A DNA stretch of 64,000 nt from Octopus vulgaris (GCA_951406725.2 OX597815.1:158658001-158722000), one strand, 5' to 3'. Shown: positions 26,966 through 41,543, numbered from the stretch's first letter. Translations and numbers: made by a program. Notes: a model not told the origin generated them from the letters alone.

Positions 26966-27076
26966 TAATGGTAAGAAAGACCAGTAAACCAGCGATTCTC
27001 GACCATATTTTTTTACCAATTGTTTCCAATTTTGCTCGGTCGGACCCCATTCTTCTTCTTCTTCTTCTTCTTCTTC

Positions 27077-27147
<71 letters not shown>

Positions 27148-27959
27148 TTCATTATTATCATTATTATCATTTTATTTTTGTTTTTACAATTTATTTAACA
27201 CCTCGTGTCTTTGATCAGATTTGAAAAGTTGATTGGGTGTGTCTGAGTGAGAGTGTATATAATATATAAGAGTTTTTATTCCGTGACAGATGGCGTTTAT
27301 CACTCTCGGCTTCGGAATGAACGGAGCTTCCCTATGTAAATACATGTGTACATATAGACATGCATGTATATAAACCATCTGTATTTCTATTGCCAGCATG
27401 ACCGTAAATATAGCTGTGTGTGTGGTTTCTGTGTGCGCATGTGTGTGTGTGTGTGTGCATAGATATATGTATGAGTGTTTGTGTGTGTGTGTGCACAGAT
27501 ATATGTATGAGTGTTTTTAAGTGTGTGTGTGTGCATGTATATGCATATATATGCGTGTGTGTTTGTACAAACTCAAATTCGTGCGCACGATCCTCCTGTA
27601 AACACATACAAACTCACGCATAGCCACGAAAAGTCCACCCACGCATACGTACATACACACACAAAGACACACAAACACACACACACAAACGCACATAAAC
27701 ACACACACAACACACACATTTACATGTGTGCGCGTTGTGCGTGTGTGCCTGTGTGTACATATATGTGTATATATATATATATATACACACATATGTGTGT
27801 GTGTGTGTGTGTGTGTGCGTGTACATTTGTGTCGATAATTGCTCGGCATATAGATACACAAAGAGACGTATAAATATATATAACAACCATTCATACCCTT
27901 GATTACACATTCACATGGGCGCGCATGTATGTGTGTATAAAATATATATGCAGATGTTA

Positions 27960-28550
27960 GACCACAGGCGCCTTGGAAGTGATTTGGCTCCCAGATGTAT
28001 AGCGAATAACCCACAAAACGTGTAGATACGCCTTGAAATCTATGAACCAGATCCCCCATCAAAAGCGACTAGTTCTATTGCATGAATATATCGTGATAGA
28101 AGTGGCAGTTAAATATGTAAATAACTTCGCAGAAAATTCAGGACACTGCCTTAAATGTAGAAAGCCATTTATCACTTCGCTAAGATTCTATAGTCGAGCT
28201 GGTGCAAAATGCCTTGTTCGTCCAGGATGCCGTCAATCAAACTGACTGGGAGGCCTTGATAAGCGAATGACTTATGTTGTCTTAACTCTTGCTGAAGTTC
28301 ACCTCAAGGTTACTGCTATCTTGAGATATTTTAAAGTTTGGATTTGTGATTGTCGTTCTTACTTATCCATAATTTGATAGTCATTTGCTGTAAGGTTTAC
28401 GGTATTTTTTTTTTCTGATAAGCCATCAGTAAAACTTACATAAATACGATCGTTTAATCGTATTTCATCAAATACGACGAAATACATGTTTAGCTCTGGA
28501 ATTTCTCTGAAACCAAGTCTGTCCATAATTATTGAGATAATGATTTTAGC
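27960..28550 (-). pseudogene. Possible decayed R4/Dong-like RT remnant
   Basis: Minus strand tggttcatagatttcaaggcgtat resembles W.DF.KAY; many stops and frameshifts. Confidence 0.35.
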
Positions 28551-28859
28551 TCAATAGAGGTCATAGGATTGGTTAAAATTCGAAAAATTAAACTACGTTA
28601 AACTTACAAATTACAATTTTCTCAAGAAAACCAAGAGAAAAAAATGTTTTATTTTGACACATTCTACCAGTATACGAAGTTTAAAACTGTTTAGTTAACT
28701 AGAAATTGTGTTGAAAACTGCCGTTCAAAAGGAAAAGATCCAAACTTTCTTCCCAACTATGTGGTCTTGCATTCAGTCTCACTGTGCGGCACCTTGATGC
28801 AAATGTCTTTTACAATATTTTCGGGCGACCAAAGCTTTGTGAGTGGATATATATATGTA

Positions 28860-28932
<73 letters not shown>

Positions 28933-28968
28933 ATGAATGTATGTATGTATGTATGTATGTATATATAC

Positions 28969-29029
<61 letters not shown>

Positions 29030-29032
<3 letters not shown>

Positions 29033-29205
29033 AGAATTCACAAAAGAAAAAGAAAGACGAAGACAGGTGGTGTAGACAACAAACAGATGTATTAGTATAA
29101 CGTTCGGGAAGCGAAAAAATCCTTAACGTTTCGAGCCTACGCTTTTCCACAGAAAAGAACACAGAAATAAACAAGGAGAGACAATAATGTGTAGTGGCTA
29201 ATGAT
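29030..29205 (-). mobile_element. Penelope-like terminal fragment with degenerate hammerhead (29120-29158)
   Basis: ctgtgga-a-aagc-gtag-gctc-gaaac-gtt-aagga; similar in flank and stem to the 17689 motif and to 35470-35495. Confidence 0.5.
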
Positions 29206-29460
29206 CTATATATATATTAAATTCGTTTATGGTAACGTTAAGGGTATACAAATAAAGTTCCTATTTCATTATGCCGTCTAGTGATACTGACTAGTGCAAC
29301 ATATGCTTTGAAGAAACCCTGGAAATAATCACATCCAAGGAAAACGTGATAAACAGACACTCTGAGATGGTCATATCATGTAAGCATAGGAACAAAATAT
29401 CATTCATGGAATTTTAAAAAAAATATTTTGAAACGACGTAACAAATTATATGTATGTATA

Positions 29461-29491
<31 letters not shown>

Positions 29492-30131
29492 TATTTTAAA
29501 TTAGAGATAAAACCACTATTAGGCAAATCAGTGAAAATCATAAGCCAATACATAGAAAAAAATTAATTAAAAAAATATAAAATATAAATATAAAAAATAT
29601 AAAATATAAAATTCCAAATTAAAATATTTAAATTAAAGTTAAAATTTTAAAAATTATTTAAATAATTTAAACTTATAAATTTTAGATATATATGAATTAT
29701 AGAACAAATAAACATGCAAATGTTTAAGATGATGCACACTGTAACAACAGAGACAGTGAAAAAGTCACCATAAGAGAGTAGTAATAATCAATTCGGTCAA
29801 CAAACCCCACTGTATAGCAGCTGACCACCTGCTGGGTTCAGAATTTATTGAGGAGAGTCATGTCTTGAATGAAATAGAACAAAGAAATGTACTACCATCC
29901 TTAAATCTGCTCATTGTACTACTATCCTTAAAATGTGCAGAATGAATAGCAAATAAGTTCACCACCACCCCACACACATAACTCCATCCCCATATTACTA
30001 CCAATACTTCCTCTACTCCCATCACCTACCCCCATCCCACTAAATGCACACAGAAATACCCACATACCTAGATTGGCCTTCATACTGGCATGAAGGGATA
30101 AACATCCCTCTGTGATTCATCCACTAAAACA

Positions 30132-30268
30132 GTATCGCCTGATGAAATGAATCAATGATGATGATCAACCGAATGTCAATGGATACTACGGACTATACTG
30201 GACTCATCCCAACGATACAGTTTCTGATGTTAAAGTAATGTGATTAGTGGAAACGCGCGTAGCGATGT
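30132..30268 (+). ncRNA. Type I hammerhead with ~86-nt insertion in stem-loop II
   Basis: tatcgc-CTGATGA-a-atgaatca...tgattagt-g-GAAAC-gcgc-GTA-gcgatg. Confidence 0.65.
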
Positions 30269-30815
30269 ATTAAATATTTACAAATTCCATCCCAGAATTA
30301 TTATTGGATCTAGTTTTTTTTATCATTCGCAAAATATGCATTTTTTAAAAAACAGTAAAACATCTGAAAATCGGCTATAATATTGTAATTTTCCAGTCTC
30401 ATTGCTTTGAAGGTATGATGTGGAGAAAAAAATTGGAGAAAAAGTTATAGAGGTTTAAAAATCGAAAAAACTGTATATTTTTAGCCAATAGCGAGACAGA
30501 AATTTTCTGTGTTTAGCGGAGCGGTGTCAACTTTAAGGCTGTACCCTGTGAAATTTAGAGTTTAGCGTCTGATCTGTTCGTTGTAGGTTTCTAAATAAAC
30601 CGAAATACGTATCTTTTGTCTCTTTTGTACAGGTTTATTATTTTTTTAATTTGTTGTATTAATATATTAATATATTAATATATTTGTCTGCATGTGTTTA
30701 CTTTATGCGTATTTCAGTATTATGTATACTTGTCATGTATTTGTGTACATCATTAATATTAAGTGCATGTGGATTTATGTATTCATATATAAGTTTATAT
30801 GTACATTTATGCTTT

Positions 30816-30856
<41 letters not shown>

Positions 30857-31194
30857 ATCCCGAAAACTCCAAAGTTGAGTAACGTTTTCATGCTTGGATT
30901 TGTAAATTAAGATAAGAATAACACTGGTCAACAAAGAATTTGTCCCAAGGAAAAGAATACGTTTTTGATGCAGAATTTTAAAATAATGTCAAATTATGTA
31001 TATCACCAACAGTTTAGTTACACTCTATCCCTCTCAGTTCCTGTTACGTGGGCTAAATTTCAGTTAAGCTGTTGAAATGTGAAGCCAACGGTTTAAGAAA
31101 TACTCCTAAGTAAAAGTTTTATGAAGAGCATTAACCTAGTGAAATCATAAATCCAGCTATCTGAGTCAATAAGTCCCCAAAATATATGAAATGA

Positions 31195-31315
31195 AAAATA
31201 TGTAATAAATACTAACACAGAAAAAGCACAGAAAAATAGTAACACATAGAAAAAGGCATAGAAAAATACTAACACACAGAAGCACAGAAAAATATGTAAT
31301 ATACTAACACACAAA
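31195..31315. repeat. Degenerate minisatellite (~27-nt unit)
   Basis: Repeats of aatactaacacagaaaaagcacagaa. Confidence 0.7.
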
Positions 31316-31449
31316 AAAAATTAAACAAAACGAGTGGAAAGAATCTCGTGGTGTGAAGAATTAAGTGTGAAAAATCTAGACAACAGCGGCACAGACAACA
31401 GTGAACCACAACACAGCATGCGGTTGTTGTGGTAACAAACTGCTAATAC

Positions 31450-31680
31450 CTATTTCTTTACTACCCACAAGGGGCTAAAAACAGAGGGGACAAACAAGGA
31501 CAGACAAACGGATTAAGTCGATTACATTGGCCCCAGTGCGTAACTGGTACTTATTTAATCGACCCCGAAAGGATGAAAGGCAAAGTCGACCTCGGTGGAA
31601 TTTGAACTCAGAACGTAACAGCAGACGATATACCGTTAAGCATTTCGCCCGGCGTGCTAACGTTTCTGCCAGCTTGCTGC
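31450..31680 (-). mobile_element. SINE family B, near full length
   Basis: Reverse complement of the 19463 copy. Confidence 0.9.
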
Positions 31681-31900
31681 TAATACCATGCTGTCGATTG
31701 GCTAAAACTACCCAAATTTCCCAAACTGAATTCCAAATAACTCTTGATTCTTTAATTTACGAGATAAAGTAATTGGTTGACCATAATCAAAATTCAGAGT
31801 TGCATCGATACACCAGACTTGAAAGTAATCTGAGCAAAATTAAGTGGGGCTCATTTTACGAATGAGAAAGACTAGATCCATATTGTTGTTGCTGTTATTA

Positions 31901-31982
<82 letters not shown>

Positions 31983-31999
31983 CATCATCATCATTATTA

Positions 32000-32079
<80 letters not shown>

Positions 32080-32096
32080 GTTGTTGTTGTTGTTGA

Positions 32097-32150
<54 letters not shown>

Positions 32151-32436
32151 CATTATTATTATTATGTGTGTGTGTGTGTGTTTCTTTGTCTTTGTGTTTA
32201 TGTGTTTGTCCCTCATTGCTGCTTCACCACCGGTGCAGTTTTGCTTGCTTCTCCGTAACTTAACGGTTGAGCAAAATACATCGACAGAATAAATACTAGG
32301 ATTCGAAAACAAAAATAAGTACGTTTGTCCATTTGTTCCACTAAACCTTTCATGGCGTGGACCTAGTCCAGTGACTGAAACAAATGAAAAACAATATGTA
32401 AAAGCTCTTCGAACATCCCAAGTAAAACAGTTAAAC

Positions 32437-32590
32437 CAGTCATGGGCAACTTGCAGCCCGGAGAGTTTCTGAATGGCATGCCCAACAAAAAATTACCTTC
32501 ACCTTTTTAAGTAGTGCAGCCCGCCTGATGATGATGATGATGTTCCATGTCTCACGTGACCCACTTTTCGAAAATGACTGACCATGCCTG
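32437..32590. mobile_element. hAT-type MITE
   Basis: Imperfect TIRs cagtcatgggcaac / gactgaccatgcctg; 8-bp TSD agttaaac / agctaaac. Confidence 0.6.
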
Positions 32591-33339
32591 AGCTAAACAG
32601 TAGACCGACCATAGAAAGTGTCTCTAGCTGCTCGTTATGATATAAAAGGCAACCAAATCATTATTACTTCACCACATATCATCTTGAAAAAGAAAAGGAA
32701 CACATTGAACAATATAGTCCTAGAAACTTATAAAAATCTTGGATGATACTGGCAGAAATGCCTTTAACCATGGGTTGCTCGGTTAGAAATAACCTAAGGC
32801 TAAGGACAACACCGATCTAAAAGTAATCTTTAACCCGCTGAACCCGGAAAGCGAATTTTTTCACTCAATTTATTATTAGCGTGAATCGCAGAAAATGGTT
32901 TTATCTTACGGCTTAGAAAAAAGCCCACTAGACAAATTTTCAGATTTTCTTAATTTTTTTTTTTTTTGTTCACATTTTCACCAAATATCTCTTTACATGA
33001 GATACTGAAATAGTATTTTAGAAGCAGAAAATATCAGTTCTATTTCTTGTTGGATAATTAATGTCATTACAGGAATGACCATGAAATTTGATTACACAAT
33101 CAAAGGGGTCAGAAAATACCTGAAATGCACTGAGAGAAACTATTGTCCTATTTCTGTTGTTTAAACTTTTCTGTTCGGAATTGCTTTGGAACCACTCTAA
33201 TCTTATCTAGAAATTTTATTTGAATGTTAGCACTGAATCTATAGAATATCTTTGTTTTTTATCTTTTAAATTGTTTCAGACATTGGTCTTGGGCTATGCT
33301 TGGGCTATGCTTGGGCACCGCAGTGTAGGTATTTCATCC

Positions 33340-33610
33340 GGTGGTGCTAGACCATTTTGTTATACCTACGTACCCGATGTGATTCCTCTTTCACACGGAT
33401 GGACCCTCGTAGCCATTCGATGATTAAAAATCGCAAGTGGACATCCTCCTCTCCGCAATACCGAATGAACCAACAGCTCGACATGAGGTACAGACGATGT
33501 CAGCGGAAACAACGAAACATTTTTTCTGTATAACCAATTTATTGCAGATAAATGTTAACAAAGGAATCTTATATGGACGTGAACAAGCTTGTAAGCGTTG
33601 TAATGGTGGA
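33340..33610 (+). mobile_element. CR1-like LINE 3' end
   Basis: KVDILLSAIPNEPTARHEVQ; homologous in inverted orientation to 34400-34500. Confidence 0.6.
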
Positions 33611-33800
33611 GAGAAAAACAAACATACAAACGTACGCACACATATACTTACGTACGTACATACATGCATACACACACACGCACACACACTCACTCACTCA
33701 CATATATATGTATGTATATGTATGTGTGTATATACATATACATAATACATAATATGTATATACATATATATACATATACATACATACATGTATATATATA

Positions 33801-33935
<135 letters not shown>

Positions 33936-34091
33936 GGTGAAATAGAAAGATGAATAATCTTGTTGCAGATTAATCAAAAGTTTAACCGATACCTTGGTAG
34001 CAAAAATCACAGCAGAAGAAAGCACGGTTGGAGGTACAACCATATGGTGTTGCAACCGTGCGTTGGTGCGATAATTGAATTTTAATATTAT

Positions 34092-34233
34092 TAGTGAATT
34101 GAAAAAATGGAGTTGAACTAAGATTGAACAGAAATCCTTTTATTGCATTCTACACGTGTTTCGAAACACGTGTAGAATGCAATAAAAGGATTTCTGTTCA
34201 ATCTTCGTTCAACTCCATTTCTTCAATTCACTA
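34092..34233. repeat. 142-bp spacerless palindrome centred on tttc|gaaa
   Basis: 71-bp arms with two mismatches; each arm begins GAAAC-ACGT-GTA (hammerhead 3' half). Confidence 0.95.
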
Positions 34234-34329
34234 TATATATATAACAAAGTGAAACACACTTTTGATTGTTTCAGCCATGCGGCTACGGTCATGTTGGAGC
34301 ATTACAATGGTCTTTCTGATTTCCTTAGT

Positions 34330-35075
34330 CTGGGGTGGTTCACATCACCACACCTGTATGTGCCTTTATTCCTGTTGTTGGCCCATTTAGTGTATAAGGG
34401 AGTTTGATTCTGCTGCCCTCACCTGTACCTCATGTCGGGTTCATACTGGTTCATCCACTATTGTGGGGAGAAGGATGTCTAGTTTCTTTATGAAGATTTC
34501 TTAATTTTTGTGGCAGGGCATTGAAAAGTTGTGGACCTTTGAATCCTAGACTATTCTAGTACCTAGTCCTGAATTTAGATGGAGTGGATGGTACCTTGGG
34601 CGCAATACAGCGGCGGTGGTTCTGGCATTTGTATAAGACTCATTTCCGAAATTAAGTACTAGCCCTTCTACAGTTTTCCATATCTAGATTATTACATATC
34701 TGTCGTGCCTTCGCTCCAGAGAGTAAAGTTGCAGTTTTCTCAGCCTATCCCTGTAGCTCATCCGCTGAACTGTTTCAACCTTTTTAGTGTAGCGGCATTG
34801 GGCTGTTTCAAGCTCCGCTGTTAGTTTGGCACTATGTGGTGACCATAACTGGTGGGAACAGTAGTCCAGGCGGCTGAAAACAAAGGTTCTCCACAGGGCT
34901 AGCATATAAAATGATGCGTCATTACACATACTAATCCCCAAGTCTTTATCTGCCTGTGACTCTGGGATTGAAATGACTTCGGATTCTGTATATTCAGGCT
35001 GTAGTGCATTTGTGAGTTGATGTTGCAGTGCTTGAAATTTTTCCAGCATTAAACTGCATGTTTGGCCCACCTGTA
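34330..35075 (-). pseudogene. CR1-like LINE ORF2 C-terminal remnant
   Basis: KDLGISM, FVFSRLDYCS..WSPH, Y.DRLRKLQLYSLERR.DRY motifs. Confidence 0.85.
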
Positions 35076-36404
35076 TAAATTTTGGCCCACTTACTTAAAT
35101 TAGTTATTAGCTATGGCAACATACTTTCTAACATATATTAATTCATACGTTCAACTTAACTGCAGTTTATGGCGTTGTCACAGCACAATCAAGTAACAAA
35201 GATATAGATTTAATTTTTCCATATGATTACAGCCGTTTCGTAATCTTCATGGTGTAGTATTATTAATTTCAGTATGCATAATTAAACATTACATCAATAT
35301 GTATGCTCTGCATTATACAGTACAATTTTATATTCATAAATTAATACAAATAAAGAAAGCTAACTCATCAGATCACTAGAACATCAAGGGTACATCTTTT
35401 TTTTTTTTTTTTTTTCTCTCTGTATTAGTTGATTGTATTTGTTTGATGCTCAGAAAAAATGAAAAAGTGAGATTTTCGAGCCTACGCTCTTGGATAGAAA
35501 GAAATGAGAAAAGAAAACGGAGAAAAAGGCGGAGAGAGCAAAAAAAAACAAAAACTTGTCTAACTTCACGGTGTCACACGTCGAAATTCACTCACAACAC
35601 AAGGCACTTGTCAACCGTAGTTACACATGCCCAAGGTGCCGCGGAAAGGGACTGAACCTTGAGTTAAGTGGTTGCGAAGCGAACTTCTTAACCAGAAATT
35701 TTAAACCGGATACTACTCAAATGTTCCATTGACATATCTTTAAATCATCTTTTTCCTTTCAATATAAAGTAGTTTATTTTTATTCATTATTTTATCTGAT
35801 AACTCGTCGTTACGCATAATTTTTCGTCTTTATTCAATCATAATTTTAAAATCTTCTGTTTCAAAAAGATTTTTTCATCTAGGCCCGACCAACATTATTA
35901 TCATGAAATATAAGTAGTAAATAAGTTCCTAATGAATCTCGAAATATTATAATCGGTGTTATAGTATTTCTAAAGCTATTACTGAACAGATTTATCTCGA
36001 GTATTCTTAGAGGAGAAAGTATTTATCTGTTTGCAATATGAGCATCTCCGAAATAATAAACAGCCAGCAGTAATTACTGAATAGTACAAAGCAAGTTGCC
36101 CTTTCGTTTCCGTGCATATTGGTATTTCTGCCAATCAAATAACACAGTATGCTTGACATATGTGACACTAACATCTTTTCATTTTCTTAACCACTTCTTC
36201 ACACGCTGTACTGAGTACTGTATTTACCTCTGGTGGTGGTGAAATAAATACACATTGTCCAAAGGCACACACCATACCAACGTTCAAAAATCTAGGGTGT
36301 CTCTAAGCAGTCGTTCAGCCTGCTAGAAATAATTGTCAAATTTCAATCATGTTACAACATACAGCTTTACATTTGGACACATAGAATAATGATATATAAA
36401 AATA

Positions 36405-38522
36405 TTAGCAGTAATACCCGTCGTTGATCGGGTAATTACTTTTACTGCTTCTCAGAAACCACATTCAAAGTATCATTATATAGAAAGGTTTCATCCTCCA
36501 AATCATCGACGGAATCAGTTGAATTACATATTGGATTAAATGTAAGAAACTGTTCTTCATCAATTGGAAGTCTTCCTTCACCGAGTTTCAAAGCTGCTCC
36601 GCAAATAGTTCGGTTTATTGACTTCTTGAAAGCCTCGATCTCATATAATAATTGAAGTAGAAGAAAGATCAACTTCATACATGAACTTCTGTTTGTTTAT
36701 TCTATGACAATAATAAGTGAGTTGTATGTGTTATATTTATGAATACAGTGATGGCAATTATATTATACACTTAATTTAAATAGGTAATTTACTCATTCTT
36801 GAATGTAATGATAGTAATGGCAAATTAAGTTATTGAAGTATTCATGTTGCATTAAGAGTGAATAGTTCTTTATAAACAATGTTTCTTGTTTTATTTTCGG
36901 CGTGCATAAGCAAAAAGATTTGCTTTTGTCTCCACACATGATACTTCTACACAAAATTGGCCATGTGCAAAGCATGGTTCTTCAAGTTACAATCCAGCAA
37001 CTTTTAGTGTTTGGCCCTGACTTTTATTAATTCTCATTGTGAAAGAAACTCGGACAGGAAACTTTAACTGCTAAAATTGGAATGGGACATTAGATGGTAT
37101 AACTGGTATGCGAGGAGTGAAGCATTCTCACCTCTACCACAACCAGTGAGAATATTTGCCTCAGTGCGGTTCGTCATAAGTTTGTGCATAATTAGTGTTG
37201 TGCCATTGCAGAATTTTGGCTGAGAAAAATTGCGCAATAGCATAATAGGATTCCTCTTTTCAGCTGTAGACAACGAGGAGCTGTACCTGGTGGTTGTAGT
37301 GAGTTCAAAAATTCGATGGGGTAGTTAACAATATCCTGATCATCAACAACACTGTTAATTGAGTTATAAGTGAATATTTCTATGTATAAAAACTTTTTTT
37401 GGAGCCAGGATAGCTCGCTCACAGATCCATTCTGTATTATTGTAATTGTGAAGAAGATTAGGAAAGATTTCATCCACCAAATCATCGATGGAATCAGTTG
37501 AATTACATATTGAATTGAGAGTAAGAAACTGTTCTTCATCAATTGGAACTCTCCCTTGACCGAGTTTCAAAAGCTGCTCTGCAAATAGTTTAGCTGATTG
37601 ATCTATGAAAATCTAGATCTCATATTTGTCGAAAGTTGAAGTGTTTTCACATGATGCCATAATACAGATTTTATTGAGGCATTGAGCTCATCCACTTTTG
37701 TTCTTCTTGGAATAACTGGTTGTGCTTGTCGGAAGTCTCCTGACAATAATACTGTGACATTTCCCATCATTGAGTTACAATTGCTAATGTCTCGTAATGT
37801 TCTGTCCACAGCACCAAACATTTTTTGTGGGACAAGGTAAATTCGTCCCCGACAATTGACATCTTTGCATTAGTTTACCTATTCCAGAATACCTCCTGGA
37901 GCGTCTAAGAAATAAAGTCCCCGTATGTTACTGTTAATGCTTTCTATGACAGTGGAATATGCACGACGTTGATCAGGTAGAAGCTTGGGAAGATTACCAT
38001 TTATGTCCATGGTCAGTTCCTCCATATAAGGAAATTTCCCTAAAGACTGTTAAGATTCCCTCTATTAGTTAGTGGGAGACCTAAATTTTCTATAGGTTCA
38101 CCTCCCATCGAAATAATTTGATCTTCTATTTCTATCAAAGCCGCATTGCATTTAAGTCCTACATAAAGTTGGCCATGTGAAAAGCATGGTTCTTCAAGTT
38201 ACAATCCAGCAACTTTTAGTATTTGACTCTGACTATTATTAATGCTCATAACAAAAGAAACTCGGATAGGAAACTGTAACCGCTTAAATTAGAATGGGAC
38301 ATTACATGGTATAATTGGTATGCGAGGAATAAAAACGGTGTTACCTTTACCACAACCAGTGAGAATATTTTTCTCAATGCAGCTCCTCATAAGTTTGTGC
38401 ACAATTAGTGTTGTGCCATTGCATAATTTTTGTTGAGACAAATTAGGCAATAGCATAATAGCTTCCCCTGAACCATTTGGTTTCATTTTGCTGGACAAAT
38501 AACAAACAAACGGACAGAATCT

Positions 38523-38530
<8 letters not shown>
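36405..38530 (-). mobile_element. Helitron remnant with fragmented PIF1-like helicase
   Basis: FLDAPGG, AVDRTLRDI..MGNVTVLLSGDFRQ..PVIPR, LSTNMR, ERAILAPK, YPIEFLNSLQPPG, LCNGTTLIV..ILTGCGKG.TVFIPRIP; 3' hairpin beside a degenerate CTAG at 36405. Confidence 0.92.
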
Positions 38531-38590
<60 letters not shown>

Positions 38591-38875
38591 TAAAATAGTC
38601 AGAGACATAGTTGGTACCACCTCTGAATAGTGGCGTCCCCCCCTCTATCCAAATGTACACGGAACATTGTAGAAAAGACCAATTAAATCTAGCCAGTAGC
38701 ATTTGAGCTGTTCTACTAGTTTCTGCTCTTTATGACATTCCAATTCAATTTCTGATAGGACTCAGTGGAAGAGGTGCTTGAGAACTCCATCCTCATAATA
38801 CTCTATGACAGGGCCAGCGCTAGGAAGTACCTGGCCCAATTAGAGAATTATCAGTGAGGCCCTCTACTCAAAGAA

Positions 38876-38947
38876 GCTGAGACTGAGATAATACACGAAG
38901 CATAAAAGATCGATGTTTTATGCTTCGTGTAGTATCTCAATCTCAGC
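38876..38947. repeat. 72-nt hairpin (32-bp stem)
   Basis: gctgagactgagataatacacgaagcataaaa-gatcgatg-ttttatgcttcgtgtagtatctcaatctcagc. Confidence 0.9.
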
Positions 38948-39676
38948 CAAAAGGCGTTCAGGGCTTGAGTCTCCACATTTATCTATAGTGATATGCTAAA
39001 AATTCATCATACCGCCCTCCGCTCGAGTATGTATGCGGGACCTTCTCTTGGCGCGGTGCCAACTTCAGCAAATCTTTCAAAATGACAGGAATAGAGGGCG
39101 GAGAAAATCGATGGACTGAAACAATCGCAGCTTCAACGCCTCTGACCAAGAGTCTGTTGAGTCTGTTCGGTCAACACTGACCTGGGGATAAACAATGACA
39201 ACCAATTTTGGTAAAATCAGCCCGTTAGGTCCTCATAAATTTGAATGGAATATGATAGTTTTGACAAATTACATTTATGAAAATGGCCTTTAACCAGATC
39301 GATAATTACTTTAATTAAAAGAGTTCTTGCTAGAGTGATTATGGCTTTTGTTGAACAGATTTAAACAGTTTGATAATTGCTTTTAATGACTGGTTTTGAT
39401 GGAGTTAATTAAATATGACGATTACAGTAATTATTTGAAATGTGACCAACCCCTCGGGTTAAAAAGCACTTCACCATTTACAAACACATATGCACATAAC
39501 AGTTACAACATTTATTTGGACACACAAATTTACTAAGTGGCGAGATAGAGTGATGATAGAGAAATATTGAAATTAATGGATAGATTTAGTTGGAGAGGTA
39601 AATAGCTAATTTTGGTAAATAGATAGATCTGTAAATTAAATAGATAGTCAGAAAATATAACTCGCCATTTATACAC

Positions 39677-39707
<31 letters not shown>

Positions 39708-39796
39708 TGTATGTATGTATGTATGTATGTATGGGTGTGTGTGTATGTATGAATGAATGTATGTATATGTGTGTATGTGTGTATTATCGTATATTT

Positions 39797-39833
<37 letters not shown>

Positions 39834-40432
39834 ATATACCTATATACGTAATCCCGCTTTCACATACACATGCACACACGCACACATATAAAATGTGTAT
39901 TTGTGTGTGTCTGCATACACAGACATACATAAACACACATATACACACACACAAACACACACACACACTCACTCGCACGCACACACACACACACACACAC
40001 ATACACACACTCACGCACACACACTCACACACACATCCACGCACATATTTATTTATATTTGTGAAAGAGCAAGAGTGTCAGGCATGACATTTTCAGACAC
40101 ACCAGGCAGCTGAGATCGATGTGGTTCACGTTCTAGTTGGAAGTCTGCCGCTTGATCCGGTCAGAAATTTGTAGGCAGGGATTGGTGCCGTCCACAGTAT
40201 GGATGGTATGATAAATTTTTAATGCCAAGCATACATGGTTGTGGTATAGTAAGAATGTGAAAATATGCGTGGTGGCTTGGTCGACGTGTTACATGGTTCA
40301 GTGTAGCAGAAGTAGAAGAGGTCCACAAACAAAATGGTGGATATGGTATTTTGTTGTAAACCTTGTAGGTGGAAGGAAAGTTTAGGGGGTGCCGTCTATG
40401 ATGGGTGTGTTGTGTACAGTTACAGCAACTCA

Positions 40433-40556
<124 letters not shown>

Positions 40557-40747
40557 GATCTATCTATCTGTCTGTCTGTCTGTCTGTCTATCTGTCTATC
40601 TGTCTGTGTGTGTGTCTGTGTGTGTGTCTGTCTGTATGTCTATCTGTGTGTGTGTCTGTCTATGTGTGTGTTTGTCTCTATACATATATACATAATACTT
40701 ACATGCACTTGAACACATAGACAAATATACATACACATATATATGTA

Positions 40748-40845
<98 letters not shown>

Positions 40846-41543
40846 CATATCTTTTGTTATCTTACCGTTTTTACCAATATTATATATAACATTCACACAT
40901 ACACAATACATGTAGGAAGACGAAGCATGAATGTAGCACAACTTAATTATTAATTATAATTGTTTGTATACCTCTCCGTTACTTACCACCACGTTGCAAT
41001 CAAATGCTTCCGTGTGAAAATCTACGCAATATGTGCGGTTGATTATTAATTATTTAATTAAATCTGAGAAGCATTTCATCAGATTAGCTTCAAGTCATAT
41101 ATTAAAATGTGAATGTGGTATTCCTTGATATCATAACGGCATTTTTCTTCTACAAAGACGGTTAAGGAAAGATATTTCATAAACTGCTTGATCTCGGCGT
41201 ATTCGTAAACCTAAGACAACAGCTGCATGACTGTTTAAGAGGAAGAAGTTAGACGGTTGTCCGTATGGACATTTACCAAAATGAATTGATATTGAAATAA
41301 GCGAAACGGCAAATAAAAAAACCAGGTACTTTTTGAGAAAACGTATTTATACCTACGTTGCAGCAAAATTGTTTGTACAGCATCTCAGCAGCAAGGTACC
41401 GGTGCGTGATGGGTTGAAACGATCGTAGTCGTTCTTATCAAAGAGTTTCGTGAATTCCATTTTGTTTCTCTTATATTTTTATAAACTTAACGGACACAAA
41501 AGTATACATGAAGCCAAATACTGTGAACGGGCTTTAAACAGCA

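Noticed and set aside
31195-31315. CRISPR-like array
   Set aside because: Degenerate minisatellite with no unique spacers; eukaryotic context with no cas genes
32829-33130. piggyBac-like end (ttaa|ccc)
   Set aside because: No matching second TIR or transposase trace identified
36442-38500. Host PIF1 gene
   Set aside because: Frameshifted, permuted, intronless and bounded by Helitron-type ends
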